In this document: positions 46,727 through 55,957 of the stretch, one piece after another
Layout: the number at the start of each line of letters is the position of its first letter
Numbering within the stretch: position 1 is the stretch's first letter
Program-made: the position numbers and the translations under genes
Virus record (IMG/VR): IMGVR_UViG_3300027668_000008
Span: 62,001-126,000 of that record
Length of the DNA: 64,000 bases
Direction: 5' to 3' (one strand)
The notes under the pieces: generated by a model
What the model was told of the DNA's origin: nothing
What the model saw: the letters and a program-made list of their open reading frames with translations, nothing else
Database searches by the model: none

Positions 46727-46908
46727 TTACTCACCCAAATTCGCTTTTCTTTTTAAGTCGTTTACTCTATCAACTAACCAACCAATAGCAGTATGTATAT
46801 GTCCAGTATCATGTTCTCTTATACAACTCTTGGCATATTTTATTTCTTCGTTTAGTATGCGAATCTTTGTTGTTGTATCAAAGATGTTTTCTTTTTCTTT
46901 CTTCATAA
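46727..46908 (-). CDS. small hypothetical protein between tRNAs (start about MKKEKEN; coordinate approximate)
   Basis: The track ORF's 5' part overlaps tRNA-Trp; the downstream part ..HDTGHIHTAI.WL looks coding. Confidence 0.55.
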
Positions 46909-46920
46909 TTTCCCCAACGT

Positions 46921-46995
46921 TGGCATAGGTGTACGGATTCGAACCGCAAATTTTGGATTTGGAATCCAACGTGTTACCGTTAACACCACACCCAT
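46921..46995 (-). tRNA. tRNA-Trp(CCA)
   Basis: ATGGGTG/CACCTAT acceptor, TTGGA-TTCCAAA-TCCAA, GGTTCGAATCC, encoded CCA. Confidence 0.93.
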
Positions 46996-47016
46996 ATTAT
47001 TCAACGTTTATAATGT

Positions 47017-47045
47017 ATAATAACAAAGATACTTGCTAGTGTCAA
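47017..47045 (-). promoter_or_regulatory. sigma70 promoter of tRNA cluster
   Basis: TTGACA-N17-TATTAT. Confidence 0.75.
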
Positions 47046-47052
47046 CACCTAT

Positions 47053-47688
47053 TTACTCTAAAGGTAAAATAAAATTACCTTTTTTGTGTTTTTCTATTAA
47101 GTCATTGTATGTTTCTCCGTTTGTTCGAAAACGTAAAACAACTCTGTAACCTTTCATCTCCTCAACACTGTGAATAACTTTACCTGTTACAAGTGTTGGG
47201 TGTTCTGTACTGTAGTAAACTTTATAAATTTCTTTGCCAGGGTTACGAAAGTCGTCACCTTCTGAAAATGTTAAAGGTTCACCGCCATCATCTGGAATAA
47301 TTGGTAACATAATACTTACTTCTACTTCTTGATCAATATGAGGTACAAACGAAAAGCCTGGTTCATATGCTAATATTTGTACATCAGTAACTCCTAATGG
47401 AACCTTAAAGTTAAACTGTTTAATAAACTTTTGTATAACAGGATAATCTATTAACTCTTTACCTTCGAAGTTAGGAGCATACACTTGCCTAAACTTGTCT
47501 GTAAGTGTTTTACGATACGGATTATCTTTGTTGTACTTCTTTTTGAATTCGTTCCACGGTAAGTGACAACTGTCGTCGAACTGTTTGTAGAATTTTATTA
47601 ATTCTTGTTTATCCCACACAACACCTTCCAACACACAATGGTGTTCTGCTTCTGATGTGCCTTTGTATACTATACTGTCCATTCCCAA
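47053..47688 (-). CDS. 2OG-Fe(II) oxygenase-like protein
   Basis: PHID, IHSV, RVVLR; paralog of 60575-61207. Confidence 0.7.
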   Translation of the reverse strand: MGMDSIVYKGTSEAEHHCVLEGVVWDKQELIKFYKQFDDSCHLPWNEFKKKYNKDNPYRKTLTDKFRQVYAPNFEGKELIDYPVIQKFIKQFNFKVPLGVTDVQILAYEPGFSFVPHIDQEVEVSIMLPIIPDDGGEPLTFSEGDDFRNPGKEIYKVYYSTEHPTLVTGKVIHSVEEMKGYRVVLRFRTNGETYNDLIEKHKKGNFILPLE

Positions 47689-48215
47689 TAAAGCCTTTCC
47701 TGTCCTCTGTTACCAACTGTGTCTTCTCTAGTTTCCCAGATGGTTTTATATATAGTTCTAGGTCCATCTACGAATGTAAAATTAAACTCTTTAGCAAATT
47801 GTTTTACTTTTTCAACATTCCATGGATAATATAACCTATGTGTATGTTCGCACATAACTCTAAAGAATATATGACCACCAGGTTTAGTTACACGTTTTAC
47901 TTGTGCTAACTGTTTTCTAATTAAGTCTTCTTTACCAAAATTAATACTTCCTAGTGCAAGACAAACATCAACACTGTTATCTGCAAACGTTAAGTTTTCT
48001 ATTTCTATAATTATGTCTGCTTCTGGTGTTGCTATGTCTATACCAATTAAATTGTCTATTCTTGTTTTGTATAAATTTGCACCACAGCCTAAGTCTAATA
48101 CTTTTGAAGGCTTTAATGAGTTTACTTTTTCGATTAAAGGTTCAGCACAATCGGGCCATCTGTACAAGTCTGTACTACCTTCTTTAAATATTGATGTTAC
48201 TGTATCTTGCATCAT
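47670..48215 (-). CDS. class I SAM-dependent methyltransferase
   Basis: VLDLGCG, GID, F.DNSVD, RVTKPGG. Confidence 0.88.
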   Translation of the reverse strand: MMQDTVTSIFKEGSTDLYRWPDCAEPLIEKVNSLKPSKVLDLGCGANLYKTRIDNLIGIDIATPEADIIIEIENLTFADNSVDVCLALGSINFGKEDLIRKQLAQVKRVTKPGGHIFFRVMCEHTHRLYYPWNVEKVKQFAKEFNFTFVDGPRTIYKTIWETREDTVGNRGQERLYWEWTV

Positions 48216-49008
48216 TTAAAAATTCTCTAGTTTTATCTGTTACTATGCCTGTTATATTTAACACGGGTCTTGGGCTGTGTCCGTAATTACAAGTTCCATG
48301 TGGAACATCTCTCCAGGGCCATGTAATACAATCACCACGTTTCCACTTTATTAATAGATTACCTAATTGAAATATCTGTCCTTGTCGTTGATCATCTAAA
48401 AATATCATTGTTCTCATTACTTTGCGTTGATCCAAGTCTCCCTTATCAGCATTATCATATTCTTGTCTGGATTTTTTAAGTACTCCACCAAAGTTATCTA
48501 AATGCCAATAAAAACATTGTCCAGGCTTTTGTACATCAAACTTTACTACACCCGGCTTTTCAAAACCAAATGCATCTACAATGTATTGTAAACTATCTTT
48601 TAATTTAGGGTGTAATGTTCTGTTAGCAATAGTGTATCCACCATCTATATCATAACCCCATTTTTTAAAGTCGTTTTCTTCCCAGTCGTTTGTCGTGTCT
48701 TTTCTTGTTTGTTTACGAAACTTAAAGTCTGCTGGTTTTGTTTCTGCACTTAATTCTGCAACTGCTTGATCCCAGTCACCACTAAAGTTTCCAACAGGTA
48801 TTACTGGTGGGCAATCGCCATCTAATTCTGCAATATCATCTCTCGATTCATCGAAATGATATCTACTTGTTGCTTTACAAAAATCGTATAAACTATTATA
48901 ACCATCTTTACTTACAGGTGGTTGTGTTTTTAGTTTTTCCCACATCGACAATGGGTCTCTACTAAATTCTAAATCATAAAATTGCATTAATATTCTCCAA
49001 AGGCCCAA
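48184..49008 (-). CDS. 2OG-Fe(II)/cupin oxygenase-like protein
   Basis: QKPGQ..WHLD; WKRGD; PHGTCN.G..PR. Confidence 0.65.
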   Translation of the reverse strand: MGLWRILMQFYDLEFSRDPLSMWEKLKTQPPVSKDGYNSLYDFCKATSRYHFDESRDDIAELDGDCPPVIPVGNFSGDWDQAVAELSAETKPADFKFRKQTRKDTTNDWEENDFKKWGYDIDGGYTIANRTLHPKLKDSLQYIVDAFGFEKPGVVKFDVQKPGQCFYWHLDNFGGVLKKSRQEYDNADKGDLDQRKVMRTMIFLDDQRQGQIFQLGNLLIKWKRGDCITWPWRDVPHGTCNYGHSPRPVLNITGIVTDKTREFLNDARYSNINI

Positions 49009-49574
49009 TGCCTTTCTTTACACCACCAACATTCTTTGCATGGTCTCGGTGGCTGTGTTGCTTCGCAACTTATAGTTAACGGAAAAAGTGTTTCAAGTAA
49101 GTTGTACTCTTTGTAACGTTTAGCAATGTCTTTTTTATCTAAGTCTGCTAAAGGTCTATACATAGTTAAACCGTTTTTAGTTGTAACTACTTTTTCTAGT
49201 TTTTGATTGCGTGTTTCGTCTGATCCTTCTCCAAGATACTCGGAAGGGTTTCGAGTAAAGCCGTTTATGTAACAATCTAAATTGTGGAATTCTGCAAACT
49301 TTTTTCGTAACTTGTCACGTTTTGCTTTTCCTTCGGCTCTATCTTTAAAAGTATATATTGCATATGCTTTAATATTACTTATCTTTAATTCGTTTAGTAT
49401 TTTGTCAACATTGTCTAAATGATATTGCCCATCATCTAATCTTGAACCTACATACAAGTATAATTCACTGTTAGGGTGTGTTTTAGATATTTGATACAAC
49501 ATAAGTGAACTGTCAGCACCTCCGCTAAACAATACACCAATCTTGTTATGTTGTGGTATTACACTCGTTTCCAT
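48987..49574 (-). CDS. QueC-like PP-loop ATPase with Zn site
   Basis: LFSGGADS; T.SC..PCKECWWC.ER. Confidence 0.75.
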   Translation of the reverse strand: METSVIPQHNKIGVLFSGGADSSLMLYQISKTHPNSELYLYVGSRLDDGQYHLDNVDKILNELKISNIKAYAIYTFKDRAEGKAKRDKLRKKFAEFHNLDCYINGFTRNPSEYLGEGSDETRNQKLEKVVTTKNGLTMYRPLADLDKKDIAKRYKEYNLLETLFPLTISCEATQPPRPCKECWWCKERHWAFGEY

Positions 49575-50692
49575 AATTTTGCTCTTGAATCGCCACCGTC
49601 TTTCAACATTATTGAAGCGGCTTTAGTACTAGTTCCATTAAATGTATGGCAACAATGATCTGACCCATACACTAGTAGTTTAGGATTATATGATTCTAAG
49701 GTTTTCATAAACCGTTTTACATTTGTATAACTTTGTTGGCTAGTTTTGTTAACATTTGCTGGTTGTCTCTTTAATGCACCATTATACCAGAATACACTAA
49801 AGTCATATGCTTCATGTTCGTCTAATATTCGTTTGAGTGCAGTATGATCACCTAAATTACAAACATAAAAATTGTGTTTACACTTCTTATACGTTGTCCA
49901 ATGTGTTATCCATTCATCATGTGTCCATTTTTTGTTCATATGGTCCAATACTTCATGTGTAGGCTTGTGTCCACGTTGAAATTGTTTACCATTAAAGGTA
50001 CTTAATAGTGGAAACTTCTCATATAAATGGTCCAACCAGGATAGATAATCTTCCCCGTCCCAATTAGCAATAGTATACTTTCGAACTGCTATACTGCTTT
50101 TGCTTATATCAATATGGTTAACAATAGTATCTTCAGTAAAGCCACCATCTTCTAAAATATAGTTAATATAGAAGCCGGAGCTCACTGTCATTGCCCATTG
50201 TATAGGTGTAATACGCCCGTACACGGGCTTTGGTATCTCATTATGCACAACATATGCCAGATTTGAGTTCTTTAAAACCATGTCTATTGCACTATCGTGA
50301 GTAGCACTAAAAGTATCTGCATTTGAAGGATCAACTACAGGAAAGTCATAAGATAGTTCAAGTTTTGTATTATTGTGTGTGCCACTTGGATTATAAATTG
50401 TAATATCTGGGCCTATATCATACCAACGAAATTTTCCAATCTGTGGTTCAATCACTCTTTGGAAATACGAATAAGGAAATATAACTCCAGCCGTAACTAC
50501 GATTGTCATATCATAATCTATGAAATGTTCATAGTTTAGATTAGTAGTTTCAAAGAAATGCCAATCAGCATTTTCTTCAAAACGGTCTGCCATACAGTAA
50601 TCAAAATTTAATTTTGTGTAATTGGTGGCGACCTGATAAAACCATGTAGGAAGTTGATCTTCTTTTACATGATTAATGACAAAAGCCTTCAT
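49559..50692 (-). CDS. hypothetical protein, first gene of late modification operon
   Basis: 377-aa ORF; TAAATA at 50717-50722. Confidence 0.65.
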   Translation of the reverse strand: MKAFVINHVKEDQLPTWFYQVATNYTKLNFDYCMADRFEENADWHFFETTNLNYEHFIDYDMTIVVTAGVIFPYSYFQRVIEPQIGKFRWYDIGPDITIYNPSGTHNNTKLELSYDFPVVDPSNADTFSATHDSAIDMVLKNSNLAYVVHNEIPKPVYGRITPIQWAMTVSSGFYINYILEDGGFTEDTIVNHIDISKSSIAVRKYTIANWDGEDYLSWLDHLYEKFPLLSTFNGKQFQRGHKPTHEVLDHMNKKWTHDEWITHWTTYKKCKHNFYVCNLGDHTALKRILDEHEAYDFSVFWYNGALKRQPANVNKTSQQSYTNVKRFMKTLESYNPKLLVYGSDHCCHTFNGTSTKAASIMLKDGGDSRAKLWKRV

Positions 50693-50729
50693 TTTTTCAC
50701 CTTAGGATTATATTAGTATTTATTCACCC

Positions 50730-50762
50730 AAAAAGGCGATGACACAATTAAGTATCACCGCC
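50730..50762 (-). terminator. intrinsic terminator after tRNA-Arg
   Basis: GGCGGUGA..UCAUCGCC followed by UUUUU. Confidence 0.7.
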
Positions 50763-50769
50763 TACGCAT

Positions 50770-50846
50770 TGGCCTGCCCTAGAGGATTCGAACCTCTGAC
50801 CTAGTGCTTAGAAGGCACTTGCTCTATCCAACTGAGCTAAGGGCAG
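50770..50846 (-). tRNA. tRNA-Arg(TCT)
   Basis: CTGCCCT/AGGGCAG acceptor, AGTGC-CTTCTAA-GCACT, GGTTCGAATCC, encoded CCA. Confidence 0.96.
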
Positions 50847-50855
50847 TAAGTAATT

Positions 50856-51476
50856 CTATAGTTTGTTCAAGTCTTTAAGAGCGTCTGCTTCTAACTTCTT
50901 CTTGAACTCATTTGCTTCTTGTGTTGCCTTATATTCCAAGACATCGTTCGTACCATTTATTGGATACTCAAGAAGTACATATGCTCTAACCTTGCCAGAT
51001 TCTAGTTCCAGAACTTTGTGCTTAACCTTATAGCCAGCAACGTTAACACCATCGATGATGTTTTGTGTTGCTTGTGTGTTTACTTCAGACCCTTGAGTCT
51101 TTACACTATTAGATTTTTGAGAAAGTTCGCCTTGCAGTCTGTCTGCTAACATAACTTTTGCTCTCAAAATAGCAAGATCCAAACTGTATTGTGGATCCTC
51201 TGAAATACCAGTACCAGCGGCATAAACGGCATAATCGCTTGTTGGTGTTTTCAAATACCATTTAGGCATATCGTCGAGTTGATCCTCAAGTACCTTCATT
51301 TTGGCTTTTTCGTTTTCCTTTTGCAATTTAGCAAGGGACTCTGGACTTCCAGGAGTCATTGTGCTACAAGCCGAAAGAAACACTACACCTACTAACGCAA
51401 TTATTGTTGTTGCTTTGTTCATATTTTCCTCTTTACCAGTTTTCGATTGAAATCCATTGTCCAGGACCAATCTCAC
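50856..51476 (-). CDS. LPP20-like lipoprotein (likely start MNKAT)
   Basis: LSAC lipobox; P.WY..P; A...AK..LA. Confidence 0.65.
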   Translation of the reverse strand: MRLVLDNGFQSKTGKEENMNKATTIIALVGVVFLSACSTMTPGSPESLAKLQKENEKAKMKVLEDQLDDMPKWYLKTPTSDYAVYAAGTGISEDPQYSLDLAILRAKVMLADRLQGELSQKSNSVKTQGSEVNTQATQNIIDGVNVAGYKVKHKVLELESGKVRAYVLLEYPINGTNDVLEYKATQEANEFKKKLEADALKDLNKL

Positions 51477-52026
51477 AAGCGGGTTGACTTACATTATACA
51501 ACTTACCGGCTTGCTCGATAGTTTGCATGAAATACTTACATCTAAAACCTTTGTAAGTAAATTCTGGTTCGTAACCTGTTTTTTGTGTATAATCACTATT
51601 GTCATCACACACCATGTGTTGGTTACTAATAATTGTTTCAGCACCTGCAATACGCACTACTTCTTGTTGTGCATTTTCCAATGCTTGGTTACAAACAAAG
51701 TTTTTGTTTGTATGTCCATCTGCTTTACCATAAGCAGGATACCATTGTCCATTAATTAAAGCATTAAACATTACACTACATTGTAAAGTACCATCATTAT
51801 TTGGTATAACACTTTTTGTAACACTGTCATACTGCTTTATCTCTGTTACACTAATTGTTTCTGTTGCAGATATTATGTTGCAACGTTCTTTTGCGTAACT
51901 AGTACCCGATAGGCACAGTAGGCCAACAATGCTCACGAATTTGATCTTGTTTAAAATCGATGACTGCATTTCGTAATCCACTCCTTGTTGTGTATGCCCA
52001 TTTTGTTTTCCCTGTAAAACTTGCAT
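51433..52026 (-). CDS. exported Cys-rich protein (likely start downstream of the track start)
   Basis: Signal-like segment ending SYA; six Cys in the mature part. Confidence 0.55.
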   Translation of the reverse strand: MQVLQGKQNGHTQQGVDYEMQSSILNKIKFVSIVGLLCLSGTSYAKERCNIISATETISVTEIKQYDSVTKSVIPNNDGTLQCSVMFNALINGQWYPAYGKADGHTNKNFVCNQALENAQQEVVRIAGAETIISNQHMVCDDNSDYTQKTGYEPEFTYKGFRCKYFMQTIEQAGKLYNVSQPACEIGPGQWISIENW

Positions 52027-52264
52027 ATATTTGTCCAGCTCTAGTATTACTATACACGGAAGATGTTAGTTTGTCAACCTTTCCGCTTTTTTCACTTTCG
52101 AGCCAATCATATTGGGCTTTTGCTATCTTACAGTCAATCACTAGGTGATTAATTCTTTCAAAATTCATATCTGCCGTACTAGTACGGTGAATACTCGTAG
52201 GTTGTGTAGTTGCCGAACAGGCGCCTAGATTAATTGCTACAAATACTAGTAATAGGTATTTCAC
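51899..52264 (-). CDS. lipoprotein
   Basis: MKYLLLVFVAINLGAC lipobox. Confidence 0.6.
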   Translation of the reverse strand: MKYLLLVFVAINLGACSATTQPTSIHRTSTADMNFERINHLVIDCKIAKAQYDWLESEKSGKVDKLTSSVYSNTRAGQIYASFTGKTKWAYTTRSGLRNAVIDFKQDQIREHCWPTVPIGY

Positions 52265-52445
52265 TCTTTTTTCCAGTTCTGTTATCGATTAATTTAAAGT
52301 CTAAATTAGTCCAGTTATACGTTTTGTTATCTACGATATCATATTCGACTTGTACTGTAAACTTCGAAGAGTCTACATCTCGTTGAACACTTGCTTGTAA
52401 TTGTTTTGCCGCAAACATTCCTTTAACGTCTATTACGTTATCCAT
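52230..52445 (-). CDS. hypothetical protein
   Basis: Coupled ORF. Confidence 0.5.
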   Translation of the reverse strand: MDNVIDVKGMFAAKQLQASVQRDVDSSKFTVQVEYDIVDNKTYNWTNLDFKLIDNRTGKKSEIPITSICSN

Positions 52446-52702
52446 TATGCTTCGTCCATTTTCTGATCCACTAAATCAATTAGTAAATCTGTGTGTTTAA
52501 TTTGTTCTGAAAAATTATTGTAATCATGAACCAATTCTTCAATAAGTTCCATTACTCCTGGAGTAATTTGATAATCTGGTCTCTCGCCATTCATTTGAAC
52601 TATTGCAGATAAAGTTCCTATTCCCCGGTGGGCAACAGTTGTTCTTTGTTCGCAGAGTTTCTTCATTTGTACGAGATAATTTTCTCTGGCTTTATTTTTC
52701 AT
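52445..52702 (-). CDS. hypothetical protein
   Basis: Coupled ORF. Confidence 0.55.
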   Translation of the reverse strand: MKNKARENYLVQMKKLCEQRTTVAHRGIGTLSAIVQMNGERPDYQITPGVMELIEELVHDYNNFSEQIKHTDLLIDLVDQKMDEA

Positions 52703-52869
52703 ACTAATTCGAATTCCAGTTGTTTTTCAAACTCTTTGAATTGACTTTCTTTAGCAACAACCATGTTTTGCAACATTGTAATACCTTGTCGCTTTTCATC
52801 ACTTGCACCTTCTTGAAGAAGTGTTATTGCCGTATTCAAATCTTCGATATCATTTAAGACTTCGTTCAT
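52699..52869 (-). CDS. 56-aa hypothetical protein (not in ORF track)
   Basis: MNEVLNDIEDLNTAITLLQEGASDEKR..; start/stop overlaps on both sides. Confidence 0.65.
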   Translation of the reverse strand: MNEVLNDIEDLNTAITLLQEGASDEKRQGITMLQNMVVAKESQFKEFEKQLEFELV

Positions 52870-53081
52870 TAAATGTGTCCTTCCATAGTATAAGTTGCAT
52901 TAAGTTTGTTAATAATTCCATTACCAGCATCTTGTACCCAACAATTCTCAGGATTCATATCCATCCAATTTTTAACTTTGAATGATTTGTCTACAAGTTG
53001 TTCTGGTGTATAACGACATACACGTTCACGAAGATAGTTTGTATCAATCCAACTATTTTTTGATTGTTTATTTGTTATCAT
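52869..53081 (-). CDS. hypothetical protein
   Basis: Coupled ORF. Confidence 0.55.
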   Translation of the reverse strand: MITNKQSKNSWIDTNYLRERVCRYTPEQLVDKSFKVKNWMDMNPENCWVQDAGNGIINKLNATYTMEGHI

Positions 53082-53085
53082 ATTA

Positions 53086-53229
53086 TTACCCTTTTATCTT
53101 ATCAAATGCATTAGTTACAAAATCAAACACACCAGTAACATCAAAGTCATTACTGAACTGCTCCCAGCCATTCCCAATCATAGGATATACTGCTAAAAAT
53201 ATTGCAATTAAAATAGCAAGTCTAATCAT
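53086..53229 (-). CDS. 47-aa membrane protein (not in ORF track)
   Basis: MIRLAILIAIFLAVYPMIGNGWEQF..; TAATG coupling. Confidence 0.6.
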   Translation of the reverse strand: MIRLAILIAIFLAVYPMIGNGWEQFSNDFDVTGVFDFVTNAFDKIKG

Positions 53230-53525
53230 TATGCCTCTACCTTCCCTACAATCATTGAATTGTAGATTTTAGTTATCTGGTATTGACTACCTGCTCCTGT
53301 GGTTTTAAGTTCACAAGTCTTTTTGTTAAGTTTAGTAATCGTTCCAGTTTTAACAACACCACGGTTTTCCCATTGTACAGTGTCGCCTTTCTTAACCATT
53401 CGTCCAATGCGATTGGCAATAAAAGTTTGTTGACTTTTCCATGCTTGTGCAAGTTCATTTAAATCTGTTTGTGTTCGAATTGCTCGTATGGCTTGGATTG
53501 CCATTTCTAATTCTTTAGTTTGCAT
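53229..53525 (-). CDS. hypothetical protein, SH3/KOW-like C-terminus
   Basis: KKGDTVQW..GTITKLNKKT. Confidence 0.6.
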   Translation of the reverse strand: MQTKELEMAIQAIRAIRTQTDLNELAQAWKSQQTFIANRIGRMVKKGDTVQWENRGVVKTGTITKLNKKTCELKTTGAGSQYQITKIYNSMIVGKVEA

Positions 53526-53839
53526 TATACTTGCTCCACAATTTGTATAGGATCTTTACCAGTTACTGTAAACATCTTAATTATTAAACTGTCAACTGCT
53601 GACTCTGTTAGAAATCCTTTTACTGTATTACCATCTTCAGTGATACCAGGCATCTCAACCATCAAGTTGTCTTTGTAGCAACCAATTTCATATAAACCCA
53701 TCTTGCTACCATACGAACCAGTATGCTTAACAATACTCATTTCGTAGTCCCCAAAACCTAACCTAACTTGGAAAGGATCTGGGTCTCCATAGAATTGCAA
53801 CGATGTTGCAGTGTTTATATAATTTGCTAACTTACTCAT
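53525..53839 (-). CDS. conserved hypothetical phage protein
   Basis: Y..SIV..SYG..GLYEI..V.GFLT. Confidence 0.65.
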   Translation of the reverse strand: MSKLANYINTATSLQFYGDPDPFQVRLGFGDYEMSIVKHTGSYGSKMGLYEIGCYKDNLMVEMPGITEDGNTVKGFLTESAVDSLIIKMFTVTGKDPIQIVEQV

Positions 53840-54216
53840 TAGTCTGCTCTTCCTACTCCGTATGCTTTAAGTCCGAAACTTTGTAGTACATTAGCAACTG
53901 CGTTAACACATTCTTCTTTGATATCCAAAGATTGTGTATGCCTAAATGGATGATCTTTTGGCATTACTGCATAATATGAAAACGACCAACCCTTAGGATA
54001 ACCGTTCCTACCAATTTCGTTTTGTTTAAGAAACTTAACAAAATGTCCTCTTGCAGGATAAATGTTTACACTACCAAAACCACAGTACATAGGTTCACCA
54101 TGTTTTGCCGTAAAGGCATCAACTGCGGCTATACCAGCCTTACAGGCTTCGTCCCAAATAATTTGAGGATCTGCACATTCACCATTAAATTTAACTAATT
54201 CTTCTGATTTCATCAT
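53839..54216 (-). CDS. conserved hypothetical early phage protein
   Basis: CGF..V..QS..KE..A.VL...G..A...RAD. Confidence 0.65.
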   Translation of the reverse strand: MMKSEELVKFNGECADPQIIWDEACKAGIAAVDAFTAKHGEPMYCGFGSVNIYPARGHFVKFLKQNEIGRNGYPKGWSFSYYAVMPKDHPFRHTQSLDIKEECVNAVANVLQSFGLKAYGVGRAD

Positions 54217-54280
54217 ATCTTGTATCTCCTTATTTGTTTAACTTATAGTATTATTATAACATCTTACGTCTATCTGTCAA
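54217..54280 (-). promoter_or_regulatory. early sigma70 promoter with conserved leader
   Basis: TTGACA-N16-TATAAT; TATAAGTTAAACAAATAAGGAGAT. Confidence 0.88.
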
Positions 54281-54283
54281 GCC

Positions 54284-54565
54284 CTAATGTAACACTGTTT
54301 CTTCTACGTCTGGACTCATAAACGCATCTAAATAGTCTGGATTGCTAGTTTGCAATGTAACTACTGGACCAAAATACCTTTCAAACTCTTTTATTAAGTT
54401 TATGTAATCTCCTTCGGTCATTTTCTTTTCAATTTTAGTAAAATCAAGTCCTGCTTGTTTACACAAGTCTTTTGCAACACCAAGTAAATAAAATGCATTA
54501 CCATTTGGGCCATCAAGGTCAATAACTAGATTTTCAACTGCTTCTGGTTTCTTTTCTATTGTCAT
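54284..54565 (-). CDS. conserved hypothetical early phage protein
   Basis: IDLDGPNGNAFYLLG..M..GDY..L...F..YFG. Confidence 0.7.
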   Translation of the reverse strand: MTIEKKPEAVENLVIDLDGPNGNAFYLLGVAKDLCKQAGLDFTKIEKKMTEGDYINLIKEFERYFGPVVTLQTSNPDYLDAFMSPDVEETVLH

Positions 54566-54624
54566 TTTTTGCTCCTTTTGTTTAACTTATATTACTAGTA
54601 TAGCACCTTTGCTCTATCTGTCAA
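54566..54624 (-). promoter_or_regulatory. early sigma70 promoter with conserved leader
   Basis: TTGACA-N16-TATACT; TATAAGTTAAACAAAAGGAG. Confidence 0.88.
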
Positions 54625-54637
54625 GACCCTAAATGCA

Positions 54638-55318
54638 CTATTTTCCATAAAATTTTACCAATATTTCTTCAATCTTTTTGGCTTTATTCTTAACTAATTT
54701 AGTGTATATTGGGTTAGTACTCCACTTGTCCAATTGGTCAATTTGTGCATCTAAATCGATTACTCCAGACTCTATTTGTTGGTCTCTTAGAGTGCGAAAT
54801 CCGTCGTATGCTGGGTGTGTATTAATAGTAGTAATCATATCAAGCACACTATCGCATTTAGTTTTATACACTTTTACACCGAATTTTGCATTAGGTAAAT
54901 CCAACGGTTTTAGTTGCGGAACCTTTGAATCCCATGTTCTTATACCAAATAAATTATTACCTTGTAAAGCGAATCTGCTTTTGCCGTGTCCTGTTTCTAG
55001 TACAGCCATTGCCACAATTATATCTCTGTGTACTCTTTGTTTTTGTGTTAATGTTAGGTTATGGAAACTAATACACTTGCCCACTGCTATTATAAATTCT
55101 GTATTGCTACTGTACACTATTTCTGGTGCTTGGTATCCGTATGATTTCCATTCATTAATCATCTGAGTTTCAGTGAATGTAGTAACTCGTTTAACTACCC
55201 AACTGTTTGGATAAAATGTTCCTACTGCATATACAGAGGAAGAAAAGACCATAAGATAAAGTGTCCACAATGTCCACTTTTTAATTTTCCTAAGAACTGC
55301 CTTTGTGTGGTTATCCAT
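54638..55318 (-). CDS. membrane-anchored glucosaminidase (GH73/Bax-like)
   Basis: A.AVLETG.GKSRFA..GNNLFGI; N.HPAY..FR; WST.P.Y. Confidence 0.85.
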   Translation of the reverse strand: MDNHTKAVLRKIKKWTLWTLYLMVFSSSVYAVGTFYPNSWVVKRVTTFTETQMINEWKSYGYQAPEIVYSSNTEFIIAVGKCISFHNLTLTQKQRVHRDIIVAMAVLETGHGKSRFALQGNNLFGIRTWDSKVPQLKPLDLPNAKFGVKVYKTKCDSVLDMITTINTHPAYDGFRTLRDQQIESGVIDLDAQIDQLDKWSTNPIYTKLVKNKAKKIEEILVKFYGK

Positions 55319-55321
55319 ATA

Positions 55322-55744
55322 TTACTCCGGTGATGTTACCATCTGTTCTACCCTATTTGTGGGTTGAGAGGTTTCTTCTGCATAGGTATCGATTACAACT
55401 GAACCATCTTCTTCTGCATATTCATCATCTTCATCATATGCAACTTTTCCTAAGAAAGTCGTAGTATCCGAATCTGTATAATTTGCATCTACTACAGTTG
55501 TTTCAACTCCGCCAGTTGCTTCTGCAAGGCTCGAGTTAACGTTATCGTAATCTATTCCACCGCCATCTAAAAATAACTTATCGGCGTCATCACTGTCATT
55601 TGCTAGAACGTGTTGTTCTATCATAACTGTGTAATAAGTTTTTTTAGAGTAAAGGTTTTTGCCTAAATCTTCTTTAGTAAAAAAGACATCTGTGTCTATA
55701 CTCATATTATTTCTCCTGTTCGTTAATTGCGTTTTGTAAAGCAC
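55322..55744 (-). CDS. highly acidic hypothetical protein (likely start MSIDT)
   Basis: AGGAG SD before MSIDT. Confidence 0.6.
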   Translation of the reverse strand: MLYKTQLTNRRNNMSIDTDVFFTKEDLGKNLYSKKTYYTVMIEQHVLANDSDDADKLFLDGGGIDYDNVNSSLAEATGGVETTVVDANYTDSDTTTFLGKVAYDEDDEYAEEDGSVVIDTYAEETSQPTNRVEQMVTSPE

Positions 55745-55937
55745 CGTTCAATAGACCGATAACATTATCTCTTAATTCATTTGAGTTATCTCTATATCCT
55801 TGATATTCGCCTATCGCTGGTTTCATAATACTCTGGTCCCAGAACACTTCATCTTGTAACTGCTTAACTGATATTGAAATATAAACTAGCAATATTAAAA
55901 TTGCCATCTTTATTAGTGTATCAATTGTGCTTGTCAT
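55707..55937 (-). CDS. small membrane protein
   Basis: TM helix; AAGGAG SD. Confidence 0.6.
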   Translation of the reverse strand: MTSTIDTLIKMAILILLVYISISVKQLQDEVFWDQSIMKPAIGEYQGYRDNSNELRDNVIGLLNGALQNAINEQEK

Positions 55938-55957
55938 TTTACTCCTTTGTTAGATTG

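Noticed and set aside
46543-46788. 81-aa plus-strand ORF (MAGIQGFEPRL...)
   Set aside because: Antisense shadow of tRNA-Gln and tRNA-Leu.
48987-49574. Assigning the symbol queC and calling 7-deazaguanine DNA modification
   Set aside because: Several QueC-specific motifs are missing and no partner pathway genes are in the window.
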